64,000 nucleotides of DNA, from NCBI GenBank assembly GCA_963506915.1, contig CAUORE010000006.1, positions 2,884-66,883 on the forward strand. The letters run 5' to 3'. Position 1 is the first letter of the stretch. The number at the start of each line of letters is the position of its first letter. This stretch comes from an uncultured Flavobacteriaceae bacterium (GTDB lineage Bacteria; Bacteroidota; Bacteroidia; Flavobacteriales; Weeksellaceae). The position numbers were made by a program, and so were the translations under genes. Below the pieces are notes generated by a model. The model was not told the origin of the DNA. It searched no databases and saw only the letters and a list, made by a program, of their open reading frames with translations. Below, piece by piece: positions 1 to 9,954 of the stretch.

Positions 1-180
1 TGGTTCCAGCGTTCCATTGATGGTTATTTGGTGGGAGTTATTAGGCATTGATTTATAATCACCTAACTTGCTGTGCCTGTTTTTTGTGACTTTGATATAG
101 CACATATGCCCTTCCAGCCATTTTTTTAGGTAGGGCATGCTGTTTGGAGGCAAAAATCTTTCTAATAACTCGGTAGACAT
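1..180 (-). CDS. SprT-like domain protein, N-terminal 60 codons (gene runs off the window start)
   Basis: ATG at 178-180 on the minus strand. Translation MSTELLERFLPPNSMPYLKKWLEGHMCYIKVTKNRHSKLGDYKSMPNNSHQITINGTLEP stays open to the window edge. The KxRxSKLGDY...HxItiN pattern matches my recollection of SprT-like/zinc-protease N-termini in Bacteroidota. Not in the supplied ORF track because it is truncated. Confidence 0.35.
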   Translation of the reverse strand, partial: MSTELLERFLPPNSMPYLKKWLEGHMCYIKVTKNRHSKLGDYKSMPNNSHQITINGTLEP

Positions 181-187
181 CTCAAAA

Positions 188-2746
188 TCAATTAAATAAA
201 TCTCCTATCACTCCATCTTCTGGAATATCTGTTTCTTCCTGCTGTACAGGTTCTTCTTCCTCCTCTTCCTTCGGTTCTGGAATAGTGATATTTATGGATT
301 TTATTTTCTCTTTTACGAACTGATTTCCCATCGCTTTTATTCCTTTTATGGAGATAAAGTCATCAATATCAATGGTTTCTGGCTCTTTTTCCTTTCCGTT
401 TTTATCTTTTGCAAAGATAATTTCCGCTGTGCAGCCATCGCTGGTTCCCACGAATTCTATGAAGGATTTAGGATGCTCACTCGGCATAAAGTTCTGAATA
501 TTAGCTGTGTTTTCTAATAAAAATCGTTTGATGAAATAAATATCCTTTTCGCCGTCATAATAGATGCACGAAACAGCCTGTTCTGGATGCCATTTTTCCA
601 AAATCAGATAATCATCATCAAAACGATTCATCAGGTCAAACGAAATCAGTTTTGCTTCTCCTTTTGTATTGATAGTCAATATTTTATCATCACCTTTAAA
701 GCTGCCGAGCAGAACTCCTCTGCCTTCCACATTCAGCCTTCTTACACTCTCATCAAACCAAATTTTTCTCGGAGCCAGCGTAGAGATGCCCTCTTCTTTT
801 AGTTCTATTTTTTTAACGGCATATTTCGTTACGAGATTTCCTTTGGAATCACGCCCTTTTATCGCTAAATCAGAGAAATCTATATCGATTCTATTTTTTC
901 TGATTCTTGCACTTGGTTTTAGTAAAACACTGATGATTTCGGCCTCACCGTTTGGATTTGCAGAAAAATACAGCACTTCCGAGCCTTTTACATCCGAAGC
1001 AAGTTTGTATTCATTATTTCGGATAACTCCCGTTACCGAGAACCTTTTCATGTAATATGGGCCGTCTTTTCCCTCGCGGTAGACCATGTTATAAACGGTT
1101 CGTTTGTCGTTCTTTTTCCATACGCCCACATGCAGAATATCTTTTCCGATGAAGGTTTTTGCTTCCACTTTGGTAACCTGCATTGTTCCATCTTTTCGGA
1201 AAGTGATGATGTCGTCCAAATCCGAACAGTCAAAAACATATTCATCTTTTTTGAGCGAAGTTCCGATGAATCCTTCGGCTCTGTTGATGTAGAATTTTTC
1301 GTTTGCTACCGCTACATTGGTCGCATCTATGTTGTCAAAAACACGAATTTCCGTACGGCGAGGCTTGTCTTTTCCATATTTTTTCTGAATGTTTTGGAAA
1401 TAATTTATGGCGTAATTCACCAAGTTTTCCAAATCATGTTTCACCTGCTTCATTCTGTCCTCCAGTGCCGCGATGTTTTCCAGCGCTTTATCTCTATCAT
1501 AGCGCGAAATTCGCATGAAAGGAAGTTCCGTTAGTCGGGCAATGTCCTCCGTAACTACCTCACGCATAAGGTTTTTGACAAAAGGTTTTAAAGCAGTATC
1601 AATCGCCGAATAAACTTCTTCTTTGCTGGTTTTACCTTTGATTTCTTGGTAAATTTCATTCTCGATGAAGATTTTTTCTAAACTTGCAAAATGCCATTTT
1701 TCCTGAAGTTCGTGCAGTTCTATTTCCAGCTCTTTTTTCAGAAGAGAAACCGTGTGGTCTGTGTTGTATTTCAGTATTTCCGAAACCGAAAGGAACATAG
1801 GTTTGTCTCCCACGATTACGCAGGCGTTCGGCGAAATAGAAACTTCACAGTCCGTGAAAGCATACAGGGCATCTATCATCATGTCTGGCGAAACATCATT
1901 AGCCAGTAAGATGTTGATTTCCACTTCATCAGAAGTGTTGTCCTCTATTTTTTTGATTTTGATTTTGCCCTTTTCGTTAGCTTTTAAAATGCTGTCAATC
2001 AGGTCACCTGTATTTTTAGAAAAAGGTAACTCTGTGATGCATAGAGTGTTTTTGTCTTTTTGAATAATTCTGGCTCTTGCACGGATTTTTCCGCCTCGTT
2101 TTCCATCATTGTAGTTGGAAACATCCAGAAGTCCAGCCGTAAGGAAATCAGGGTAAAGCTGGAAACTTTTTCCTTTTAGATAAAGAATAGAAGCATCTAG
2201 TAACTCATTGAAATTGTGAGGCATAATCTTAGTAGAAAGCCCCACACCGATACCTTCTACGCCCTGCGCAAGGAGCAGTGGAAACTTCACAGGAAGGTCC
2301 ACAGGCTCGTTGTTTCTTCCATCGTAGGATTTTACCCATTCCGTAGTTTTAGGGTTAAAAACCACCTCCAAAGCGAAAGGTGTAAGTCTCGCTTCGATGT
2401 ATCTTGCCGCCGCTGCTGAGTCTCCCGTGTAGATGTTTCCCCAGTTTCCTTGAGTGTCTATCAGGAGTTCTTTCTGACCAATCTGCACCATGGCATCTGT
2501 GATGGAGGCATCCCCATGCGGGTGGTATTTCATGGTATTTCCCACGATGTTCGCTACCTTATTATATCTTCCATCTTCCAGCTCGCGCATAGAGTGCATG
2601 ATACGGCGCTGAACGGGCTTAAAACCATCATAAACAGATGGAATGGCACGGTCCAAAATTACATAAGAGGCGTAATCAAGAAACCAATCTTGATAAAGCC
2701 CAGATATTTTTTTTAAAGTTTCTTCTTTATGTTCGTTTTCTTGCAT
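188..2746 (-). CDS. parC: DNA topoisomerase IV subunit A
   Basis: 852-aa ORF. N-terminus LDYASYVILDRAIPSVYDGFKPVQRRIMHSM...KYHPHGDASI is the GyrA/ParC breakage-reunion signature. It lies in an operon with parE and has an acidic E-rich C-terminal tail. Confidence 0.9.
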   Translation of the reverse strand: MQENEHKEETLKKISGLYQDWFLDYASYVILDRAIPSVYDGFKPVQRRIMHSMRELEDGRYNKVANIVGNTMKYHPHGDASITDAMVQIGQKELLIDTQGNWGNIYTGDSAAAARYIEARLTPFALEVVFNPKTTEWVKSYDGRNNEPVDLPVKFPLLLAQGVEGIGVGLSTKIMPHNFNELLDASILYLKGKSFQLYPDFLTAGLLDVSNYNDGKRGGKIRARARIIQKDKNTLCITELPFSKNTGDLIDSILKANEKGKIKIKKIEDNTSDEVEINILLANDVSPDMMIDALYAFTDCEVSISPNACVIVGDKPMFLSVSEILKYNTDHTVSLLKKELEIELHELQEKWHFASLEKIFIENEIYQEIKGKTSKEEVYSAIDTALKPFVKNLMREVVTEDIARLTELPFMRISRYDRDKALENIAALEDRMKQVKHDLENLVNYAINYFQNIQKKYGKDKPRRTEIRVFDNIDATNVAVANEKFYINRAEGFIGTSLKKDEYVFDCSDLDDIITFRKDGTMQVTKVEAKTFIGKDILHVGVWKKNDKRTVYNMVYREGKDGPYYMKRFSVTGVIRNNEYKLASDVKGSEVLYFSANPNGEAEIISVLLKPSARIRKNRIDIDFSDLAIKGRDSKGNLVTKYAVKKIELKEEGISTLAPRKIWFDESVRRLNVEGRGVLLGSFKGDDKILTINTKGEAKLISFDLMNRFDDDYLILEKWHPEQAVSCIYYDGEKDIYFIKRFLLENTANIQNFMPSEHPKSFIEFVGTSDGCTAEIIFAKDKNGKEKEPETIDIDDFISIKGIKAMGNQFVKEKIKSINITIPEPKEEEEEEPVQQEETDIPEDGVIGDLFN

Positions 2747-4036
2747 TTATTTTGTGTTTATCAGTCTGATATTTTGGTCGTTTAACTTGGTTTGAAGCCA
2801 ATTTTTCAGCTTTTCTTCATCCAGCTTCTCTTTTTCTTTGATTTGGTAAATGACAATATTTTCCTGTTTACGAGAATTTTTTTCGTAACTATTTAGTTTT
2901 CCGATAGATATGTTTTCAATCTCTGGGAAAATGACTCTAAGTTCTTTGATGAACTGTCGGTCATCAAATTTGTATTCATTCAGTTCCGCAGTAAGATTTT
3001 GGATGATGATATCTTTTTCAGAGAAATCCTTGTTCTGCTTGTTGATTTCAGCTAAAATTTCACTTTTTAGATTAGATGAATTATTTTTTATCAGGAGTTT
3101 TGTATCCTTGATTTCGTAGCTGTCGGCAAGTTTTTTGTTAAGCGCTTGAATTTCAATGCTGTCCATTCGCTGGTTTAGTAATACCAATTCTATGGTTTTT
3201 GGTGTTTCATTTTGATTTATTTTCTTATAAATCACCGTGTGCCCTTTGTCTGTAAATTCGTTTTTGATGAAATTTTCTACATTTTTAGTATATTTATTAT
3301 CACTAATGAGACGGTAAGCCAAGAAAATACTTGGAACAATCATAATAGTAAACAAAATGTAAATGGAATATTTTACTTTTCTGTCAAATTTTTCGTCCTG
3401 AGTAGAAACAGGTTTGTATTTAAGGAATTTAACAATAGTAAATGTAGCAATGGCGATGAAGAAGCAGTTGATAGAATATAAATATAAAGCTCCAGCAAAA
3501 AATTTAAAATTGAAAGTTGCCAGCCCAAAACCTGCCGTACAAAGAGGCGGCATAAGCGCTGTGGCAATAGCTACCCCAGGGATAGGGTTTCCTTTTTCTA
3601 CACGGGTGATGGAAATTATTCCTACAATTCCACCAATGAAAGCAATCAGAACATCATAAATATTAGGTGATGTTCTGGCCAAAATCTCAGACTGAGCCTC
3701 TTTAAAGGGACTGAGAGTAAAGTAAATCGCAGAGACTAAAAGGCTTACGATAGTGGCGGTGAGCAGGTTTTTTCCTGATTTTTTTAGAAGAGTTAAATCA
3801 TAAATGGCAAGGGCAACCCCAATTCCTACGATAGGTCCCATAAGTGGAGAAATCAGCATGGCGCCGATAATCACAGCTGTGGAATTGACATTCAGACCAA
3901 TAGATGCAATGAATATAGCACATGCCAAAATCCAAAGATTAGCCCCTTTGAATGAAATGTTTTTTAAGACATCTTGTAAAACCTTGTCTTGTTTCTCTTC
4001 TCCTTCGTGTAAGTTAAATAAATTATGTCGTTTCAT
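2747..4036 (-). CDS. DUF389-family integral membrane protein
   Basis: 429-aa ORF. The multi-TM N-terminal part carries SPLMGPIVGIGVALAIYD and PGVAIATALMPPLCTAGFG segments typical of DUF389. The C-terminal part is soluble and K/E-rich. Its stop codon abuts the parC ATG with a 0-nt gap. Confidence 0.65.
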   Translation of the reverse strand: MKRHNLFNLHEGEEKQDKVLQDVLKNISFKGANLWILACAIFIASIGLNVNSTAVIIGAMLISPLMGPIVGIGVALAIYDLTLLKKSGKNLLTATIVSLLVSAIYFTLSPFKEAQSEILARTSPNIYDVLIAFIGGIVGIISITRVEKGNPIPGVAIATALMPPLCTAGFGLATFNFKFFAGALYLYSINCFFIAIATFTIVKFLKYKPVSTQDEKFDRKVKYSIYILFTIMIVPSIFLAYRLISDNKYTKNVENFIKNEFTDKGHTVIYKKINQNETPKTIELVLLNQRMDSIEIQALNKKLADSYEIKDTKLLIKNNSSNLKSEILAEINKQNKDFSEKDIIIQNLTAELNEYKFDDRQFIKELRVIFPEIENISIGKLNSYEKNSRKQENIVIYQIKEKEKLDEEKLKNWLQTKLNDQNIRLINTK

Positions 4037-4037
4037 A

Positions 4038-4529
4038 CTATTTATTGTCGTTATTGTTGTTTTCTTTGTTGGCTTTTATTGTTCGTTGTAATGAAAGTTT
4101 TAAATCCCTTATTTCACTGCTTGTAAGGTAGGAAATATCGTATTTTAGGATACTTTCTTTATGTTTTTTACTCGTGATTTTTATATATAACCTTTTGAAT
4201 AACAATGCGTTTACGATTTCAAAGGAAACGAGTTTGTATTTTGGGAATTCATCTTTTGCTTCTTTTCCTAAAAAAGGAATGATAGAGTGGTTTTTGAAGT
4301 TAAGCGCTTCTCCATCGCTATCGTATTCGAATATCTGCCGACCTCTCAAAAAAATAATGACCAACCCTGAAACTCCTATCAATAAAAGGGAAATGCTCGC
4401 CATTTTCCCAAAAACAGGTAGTTTGATGATGTTCAAAAAAGTCATTCCTCCACCTATTATTGCGGAGAAAATGGAAAAGGTTAGTAAAAAATTGTATATA
4501 GGCGCTTTTTTTCTGTTGCTTAATCTCAT
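4038..4529 (-). CDS. hypothetical small membrane protein (two TM helices plus a soluble domain)
   Basis: 163-aa ORF with two hydrophobic helices followed by a K/E-rich domain. There is a 1-nt gap to the DUF389 gene. No family recognised. Confidence 0.5.
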   Translation of the reverse strand: MRLSNRKKAPIYNFLLTFSIFSAIIGGGMTFLNIIKLPVFGKMASISLLLIGVSGLVIIFLRGRQIFEYDSDGEALNFKNHSIIPFLGKEAKDEFPKYKLVSFEIVNALLFKRLYIKITSKKHKESILKYDISYLTSSEIRDLKLSLQRTIKANKENNNNDNK

Positions 4530-4560
4530 GATACAAAAATAAATTGTTGAATATTAAATT

Positions 4561-6429
4561 TTACTCTGTTATTGCTTCTTCTACAACCAAGTTTTCTAGG
4601 ATAAAGTTCTGTCTATCAGGCGTATTTTTTCCCATATAAAACTCCAAAAGCTGGTCTATTGTGGTGTCTTTACCCACTACCACAGGCTCAAGGCGAATAT
4701 CTTTCCCTATGAAATGTTTAAACTCTTCTGGTGAAATCTCTCCAAGCCCTTTAAATCTCGTGATTTCAGGATTTTTTCCTAAATCTTCTAGAGCCTTTAT
4801 TCGCTCTGCTTCAGTGTAGCAGTAGCGGGTTTCTTTTTTGTTTCTTACCCTAAACAAAGGCGTTTGGAGAATGTATAGGTGTCCATTTTTAATCACATCA
4901 GGAAAGAACTGAAGGAAGAAAGTAATCATCAGAAGTCTAATGTGCATACCATCTACATCGGCATCGGTAGCGATGATGACCTGATTATATCTCAAATCTT
5001 CCAGACTTTCCTCTATATTTAGAGCGGCTTGTAAATGGTTAAACTCCTCGTTTTCTTACACTACTTTTTTGGTGAGTCCGTAGCAGTTGAGAGGTTTTCC
5101 TTTTAGTGAAAATACAGCCTGTGTTTCCACATCTCTACTCTTCGTGATAGAGCCAGATGCAGAGTCTCCCTCTGTTATAAATATTTGAGTTTCAGTCTTT
5201 CTGGCTGCCTTTTGGTCATTATAATGCTGTCGGCAGTCTCTTAGTTTTTTATTGTGAAGAGAAACTTTTTTGGCTCTTTCTCTTGCTAGTTTTTGAATTC
5301 CCGAAAGCTCTTTTCTTTCCCTTTCAGAAACTAATATTTTACGGTGAATAGCATCGGCAATTTCAGGGTTTTTATGAAGGAAATTGTCCAGTTTGCTTTT
5401 CATATAATTATTGACAAAAGTTCGGATGGTTTCTAGTTCGTTACCATTCGCATCCTGTCCCATAGTGGTGGAGCCTAATTTGGTCTTGGTCTGAGACTCA
5501 AAAACAGGATTTCCAACATTGATATACACCGCACCGATGATAGATTTTCTAATATCTGCAGCCTCAAAATTTTTCCCAAAAAACTCTTTGATAGTCTTTA
5601 CAAAAGCCTCTTTAAAGGCATTCAGGTGGGTTCCTCCCTGTGAGGTGTATTGTCCATTGACAAATGAAAAATAGGTTTCTGACTGGGATTTATCCGAATG
5701 AGTAATCGCTATCTCCATATCTTCATCCTTTATGTGGATGATAGGGTAGAGGATTTCGCCGTCTATTTCCTCTTCTAATAGGTCTTTCAGCCCGTTTTCG
5801 GATTCGAAAACAGAGTCGTTATAATAGATTTTTAGCCCTAAATTTAGATAAGTATAATTACGAAGCATACGCTCCACATACTCATTTCTAAATTTATAAT
5901 TTACAAAAATAGTGCTGTCAGGAATGAAACTAACCTCCGTTCCGTTCTTTTCGGTCGTGTCTGTTTCCTCTGTTACTTCCACCAGTTTACCCTCATGAAA
6001 TTGGGCTGATCTGGTTTTCCCGTCTCGCACAGATTTTACTTGAAAAAAAGTAGAGAGGAAATTGACTGCCTTGGTTCCTACACCATTGAGACCGATGGAT
6101 TTTTTAAAGGCGCCGTCATCGTATTTCCCACCAGTATTCATTTTGGAAACTACATCTACGATTTTTCCCAAAGGAATTCCACGCCCATAGTCGCGCACTG
6201 TAACTTTTCCATCATTGATTTTAACATCTATTCTCTTCCCAAATTTCATTCGGAATTCATCGATAGAGTTATCCAAAACTTCCTTTAATAGAATATAAAT
6301 CCCATCATCCGCCGCAGAGCCGTCTCCCAGTTTACCGATGTACATCCCTGGACGAAGGCGCACATGCTCGCGAGGCTCGAGGGTTCTGATGTTATCTTCT
6401 GTATAGTTTGTCTGTTGTGGTGTGTTCAT
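4561..6429 (-). pseudogene. parE: DNA topoisomerase IV subunit B interrupted by one in-frame TAA (fragments 5056..6429 and 4561..4995/5055)
   Basis: The N-fragment has the GHKL ATPase ([22 protein letters not shown]), the transducer and TOPRIM EGDSA ([10 protein letters not shown]). It ends GLTKKVV-TAA at 5056-5058. The same frame continues [42 protein letters not shown] through to the stop at 4561. The likely start is ATG 6429 (MNTPQQ...); the track ORF starts at TTG 6456. Confidence 0.85.
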
Positions 6430-6502
6430 AAAGTTTCCAAAAAAGTGTAGCGACAAAGATAATAAAATATGGCTTTAAAGAAAAAACCATTATAATAAAA
6501 AG

Positions 6503-6533
6503 AAAAAACCACTCAGATTATTGAGTGGTTTTT
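6503..6533 (-). terminator. intrinsic terminator after the PPIase gene
   Basis: Stem CCACTCA (6509-6515) pairs with TGAGTGG (6522-6528) around a 6-nt loop. An A-run and a T-run flank it on either side. Confidence 0.55.
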
Positions 6534-6536
6534 GGT

Positions 6537-7895
6537 TTATTTAGTTGAATTTTTGTTCCATTTAGGGTAGAAAGAACATTTTTGATAACGCTTATCTATT
6601 GATATGAAAGTATCAGGAAGCTGTTCTTTAGCCCATTTTTCCAGCATTTCGTTTTTCTTCTTGTTGAGAGCCATATTCTTCACTCTTTCAAAATCAGTAG
6701 CAAGGTCTACTTGGTGGGCAGGAATCACATCTTCTATTTTTATGAATATTACAGCTTTTTTTCTATTGTGCTCATCTTCAAATACATCTGTGATATCTCC
6801 TTTGTTATAACCTGCAATGTGGTAAGAGATAGATGGAGAAAGGTTTAGCTTTTCCTGTTTGTAGCCTCCATCTTCGCCAAGGATTATCCCTGCATTGTAT
6901 TTTGTGCTTTTGTCATCAGAATACTTTGTGGCAGCTTCTTTGAAAGTGATTTTTCCGTTTACGATTCTTTTTCGGATGTCTTCCATCTCTTTTTTAGCTG
7001 CTTCTATTTCCTCTGCATTTGGAGTGTTTTTTATAAGGATATGTCTGACATCATATATTTTTCCTGATTTTTTTATAAGCTGAATGATGTGATATCCGTA
7101 TTCTGTTTCTACGGGGTCTGATATTTCACCTTCTTGCAGGTTGAGAGCTGCCGCCTCGAAAGGTTTTACCATTGTTCCTTTAGAAACATTTTTGTAAAGC
7201 CCGCCATTGGGTGCTGAGTTTTCATCCTCGGAGTAGATTCTAGCCTGAGTTTCAAAGTCCTCTCCGTTTAGGATGTCTTGTTTGATTTTTTTCAGCTTAT
7301 CTATAATCTCCTGTCTGTGTTTATCATTTAGTTTAGGATACATCACGATTTGAGACAAGATGATTTCCTCTTTTACCTCTGGTAATTGGTATTTATAAGT
7401 ATTATAAAAATCTGTTACTTCACTCGGTGTGATATCTGCTTTTTCCGTAATTCTAGCAAATTTACTTTGTCCGTAGTAGCTGTCAGAGTCTATTTTTTCT
7501 ATCATACTTTTCATTTCAGCCGAATTTCTGAATTTGTATGTATCCAGCATCGCTTTTTCAGAAGGGAACTGACCAAGGATTTGGTTATATTTATTATTAA
7601 CCTGTTCTTTTATTTCCTTGCTTCTGTTCGGGATTAGAGTATCTTTTTTTGCATGATATACTAGAAGTCTGTTATTTAGTAAGCTTTCTACAACTTCACA
7701 ATTATCACCAGAAATCTTCTCACCCATTTGTTTTGCATGGTTTTCTTGCTCTGTGATGTCTGATTCCAAAACGATTTCATTTCCAATCACCGCAGCGATA
7801 CCATCCACAAGCTGTCCTTTTTGCAGCTGTGCATTTATTTGAGCGGATAATAGTACGATTCCCAGCAGTAATGCCTTTTTGATATTTTTTATCAT
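6537..7895 (-). CDS. peptidyl-prolyl cis-trans isomerase, SurA/parvulin type (periplasmic chaperone)
   Basis: 452 aa with a signal peptide (LLLGIVLLSAQINAQ), a SurA-like N-domain and a parvulin core (ETEYGYHIIQLIKK). Confidence 0.8.
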   Translation of the reverse strand: MIKNIKKALLLGIVLLSAQINAQLQKGQLVDGIAAVIGNEIVLESDITEQENHAKQMGEKISGDNCEVVESLLNNRLLVYHAKKDTLIPNRSKEIKEQVNNKYNQILGQFPSEKAMLDTYKFRNSAEMKSMIEKIDSDSYYGQSKFARITEKADITPSEVTDFYNTYKYQLPEVKEEIILSQIVMYPKLNDKHRQEIIDKLKKIKQDILNGEDFETQARIYSEDENSAPNGGLYKNVSKGTMVKPFEAAALNLQEGEISDPVETEYGYHIIQLIKKSGKIYDVRHILIKNTPNAEEIEAAKKEMEDIRKRIVNGKITFKEAATKYSDDKSTKYNAGIILGEDGGYKQEKLNLSPSISYHIAGYNKGDITDVFEDEHNRKKAVIFIKIEDVIPAHQVDLATDFERVKNMALNKKKNEMLEKWAKEQLPDTFISIDKRYQKCSFYPKWNKNSTK

Positions 7896-7969
7896 ATTTT
7901 TACTAAAATTAGTTCGACAAAATTAAATTTCTTTGTGAGAAAATCTAAATTTTTTATTATAATTATTTC

Positions 7970-8896
7970 TTAAATTTTCAAATCCACCTCAAAAGTGGTA
8001 AGTTCTTGGAATTTTTTGATTCTTTGTTTCAGAATCATAGGAGAGACTTCCAGAAGTTTTTCCGTTCCGAATTTTTCTACCGTGAAAGAAGCCATTGCAG
8101 AGCCCACTATCACAGCTGTTTTCATGTTTTCAAAGGAAATGCTTTTTGTGGCAGCCAGATGTGCTGCAAAACCTCCTGCGAAAGTGTCTCCCGCTCCTGT
8201 AGGGTCAAAAACCTCCTCCAAAGGCAGGGCAGGAATAGCGAAAACTTTTCCTTCACTGAATAATAATGCTCCATGCTCGCCTTTTTTGATGATGACATAT
8301 TTAGGGCCCATTTTATGGATTTTTTGAGCAGCTTTTGGTAGAGAATATTCTCCAGAAAGCTGTCGTGCCTCTTCATCATTTATCGTGATGACATCAGATT
8401 TCGCAATGACCTCCATCAGTAAATCCCAAGTGTGGTTCATCCAAAAATTCATGGTGTCTAGAATCACCAGTTTAGGGCGGCAAGACATGCCGTTTAGAAC
8501 TGACAGCTGTGTGCTAGGGTGAAGATTTCCTAAAAGCAGGATGTCATAATTTTTACAATGTTCAGGAATTTTTGGTTCGAATTTTTCTAAAACATTCAGT
8601 TCTGTAGCCATAGTATCTCTGGAATTCAGGTCGTTATGATACTTTCCTGCCCAGAAAAAAGTTTTTTCATTAGGGAAAATTTCTATTCCTTCTATATTGA
8701 TATTTCTGTTTGTCAATAAATCCAAATATTCCTGTGGAAAATCTCCACCAACGACAGAAACTAGACTGACATTAGCATTTAAAACGGAAGCGGAAAGCCC
8801 TATATAAGTAGCCGCACCACCTAGGATTTTATCTGTTTTTCCAAAAGGAGTCTCAATAGCATCAAAAGCTACAGTTCCTACTGCCAAAAGATTCAT
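7970..8896 (-). CDS. PfkB-family carbohydrate kinase
   Basis: 308 aa with the ribokinase-family motifs GGAATYIG and DPTGAGDTFAGGF. Confidence 0.8.
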   Translation of the reverse strand: MNLLAVGTVAFDAIETPFGKTDKILGGAATYIGLSASVLNANVSLVSVVGGDFPQEYLDLLTNRNINIEGIEIFPNEKTFFWAGKYHNDLNSRDTMATELNVLEKFEPKIPEHCKNYDILLLGNLHPSTQLSVLNGMSCRPKLVILDTMNFWMNHTWDLLMEVIAKSDVITINDEEARQLSGEYSLPKAAQKIHKMGPKYVIIKKGEHGALLFSEGKVFAIPALPLEEVFDPTGAGDTFAGGFAAHLAATKSISFENMKTAVIVGSAMASFTVEKFGTEKLLEVSPMILKQRIKKFQELTTFEVDLKI

Positions 8897-8921
8897 TTGA
8901 TTGTAAGTGTATGTATTTTAA

Positions 8922-9482
8922 TTATTTATGTTTCCACTCGAAGGTTTCTATCATATGCATCAAGTCTTTCTTGATGTATTCTACCGCAGGTTGTAGAGAG
9001 TCTGGTCTTGGTCTAGATTTAAAGTATAAATTAGCCGTTACGAAATGGTGCGTGCTGTCCGTGATATAGATTTGGATATTAGACGCAGACTGTCCTTTCA
9101 ATTCGTAAAAGTTTCCAAAGACTCTTTTTTCTGGATAAGAAAAAGATTTAGTATCTATTGCAGAAGCCCTGATGGTGTGTTCGTAGACCATTTTTTCTAC
9201 TTCTTTTATATGTAGATTAAAATCATTTTTGATAGGGAAATAAGTTACAAAAATATTGGCTCTCATCGTAGGATAAACTACATTGTACCAGCAAGCCTGC
9301 TTTGCTTGGTGTATTTTTGCAAAGTCTGAATACTCAAATGAAAACGAACATTCTGAAGAGAATGGAACATATTTAGCCTCAGGATACTCTAGCCTGAGTT
9401 CTCCCTTTGGTTTGGGCTGAGCATCATTACTACATGAAACAAAAAAAGTAAGTATGAAGCTTAAAAATAAATATCTAAACAT
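8922..9482 (-). CDS. gldD: gliding motility lipoprotein GldD
   Basis: 186 aa with a lipoprotein signal (FFVSC). PKPKGELRLEYPEAKY...YFPIKNDF...NIQIYITDSTHHF...ETFEWK matches my recollection of GldD in length and motif order. Confidence 0.7.
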   Translation of the reverse strand: MFRYLFLSFILTFFVSCSNDAQPKPKGELRLEYPEAKYVPFSSECSFSFEYSDFAKIHQAKQACWYNVVYPTMRANIFVTYFPIKNDFNLHIKEVEKMVYEHTIRASAIDTKSFSYPEKRVFGNFYELKGQSASNIQIYITDSTHHFVTANLYFKSRPRPDSLQPAVEYIKKDLMHMIETFEWKHK

Positions 9483-9568
9483 TCCGCAAAAATAAGAATT
9501 TATATCAAATAAGAAAGAGTAGAAATAAATAAAGTAATTTAGAATGATTAAAAATAAAGAAAAAATTA

Positions 9569-9576
9569 TACATTTG
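9569..9576 (+). promoter_or_regulatory. candidate Bacteroidota -7 box (TAnnTTTG) for the cupin/methyltransferase pair
   Basis: TACATTTG lies 30 nt upstream of ATG 9607. Confidence 0.3.
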
Positions 9577-9606
9577 TAAATTCAAATTTAAAAATATTTC
9601 AAAGAA

Positions 9607-9951
9607 ATGAAGACAGCATCAATTTATCAAGATTTAGAATTTAATGAAAATAAGCCAGCAATAAAGGCGATTTTGGAGACAGATTTTACGAAAGAAATCA
9701 GAATCCTAATGCGGGAAAACCAAGAAATGAAAGAGCATCAGACGCCTTTTCCTATTGTGGTGGAACTGCTGGAGGGAGAAATTATTTTTGGTGTAGAAGG
9801 ACAGAATTACGAAGTTAAAAAAGGAGATTTATTGACTTTGTCAGGAGGCGTTCCGCATAATCTCATTGCGAAAAAAGAAAGCGTTATTCGTTTGACGCTT
9901 AGTAAGTTAGATTCATCAAAAAGAGTAGAGGGCGTTGCCGAAAAATCCTAA
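9607..9951 (+). CDS. cupin domain protein
   Basis: 114 aa. HQTPFPIVVELLEGEIIFGVEG...GDLLTLSGGVPHNL follows the cupin two-motif pattern. Confidence 0.65.
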   Translation: MKTASIYQDLEFNENKPAIKAILETDFTKEIRILMRENQEMKEHQTPFPIVVELLEGEIIFGVEGQNYEVKKGDLLTLSGGVPHNLIAKKESVIRLTLSKLDSSKRVEGVAEKS

Positions 9952-9954
9952 ATC

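Noticed and set aside
5056-5058. Possibility that the TAA in parE reflects stop-codon reassignment or an alternative genetic code.
   Set aside because: TAA clearly terminates other well-defined genes in the window at the expected protein ends (dnaK at 38985-38987, mcrB, metH, tkt). A single-site lesion or a sequencing error is far more likely.
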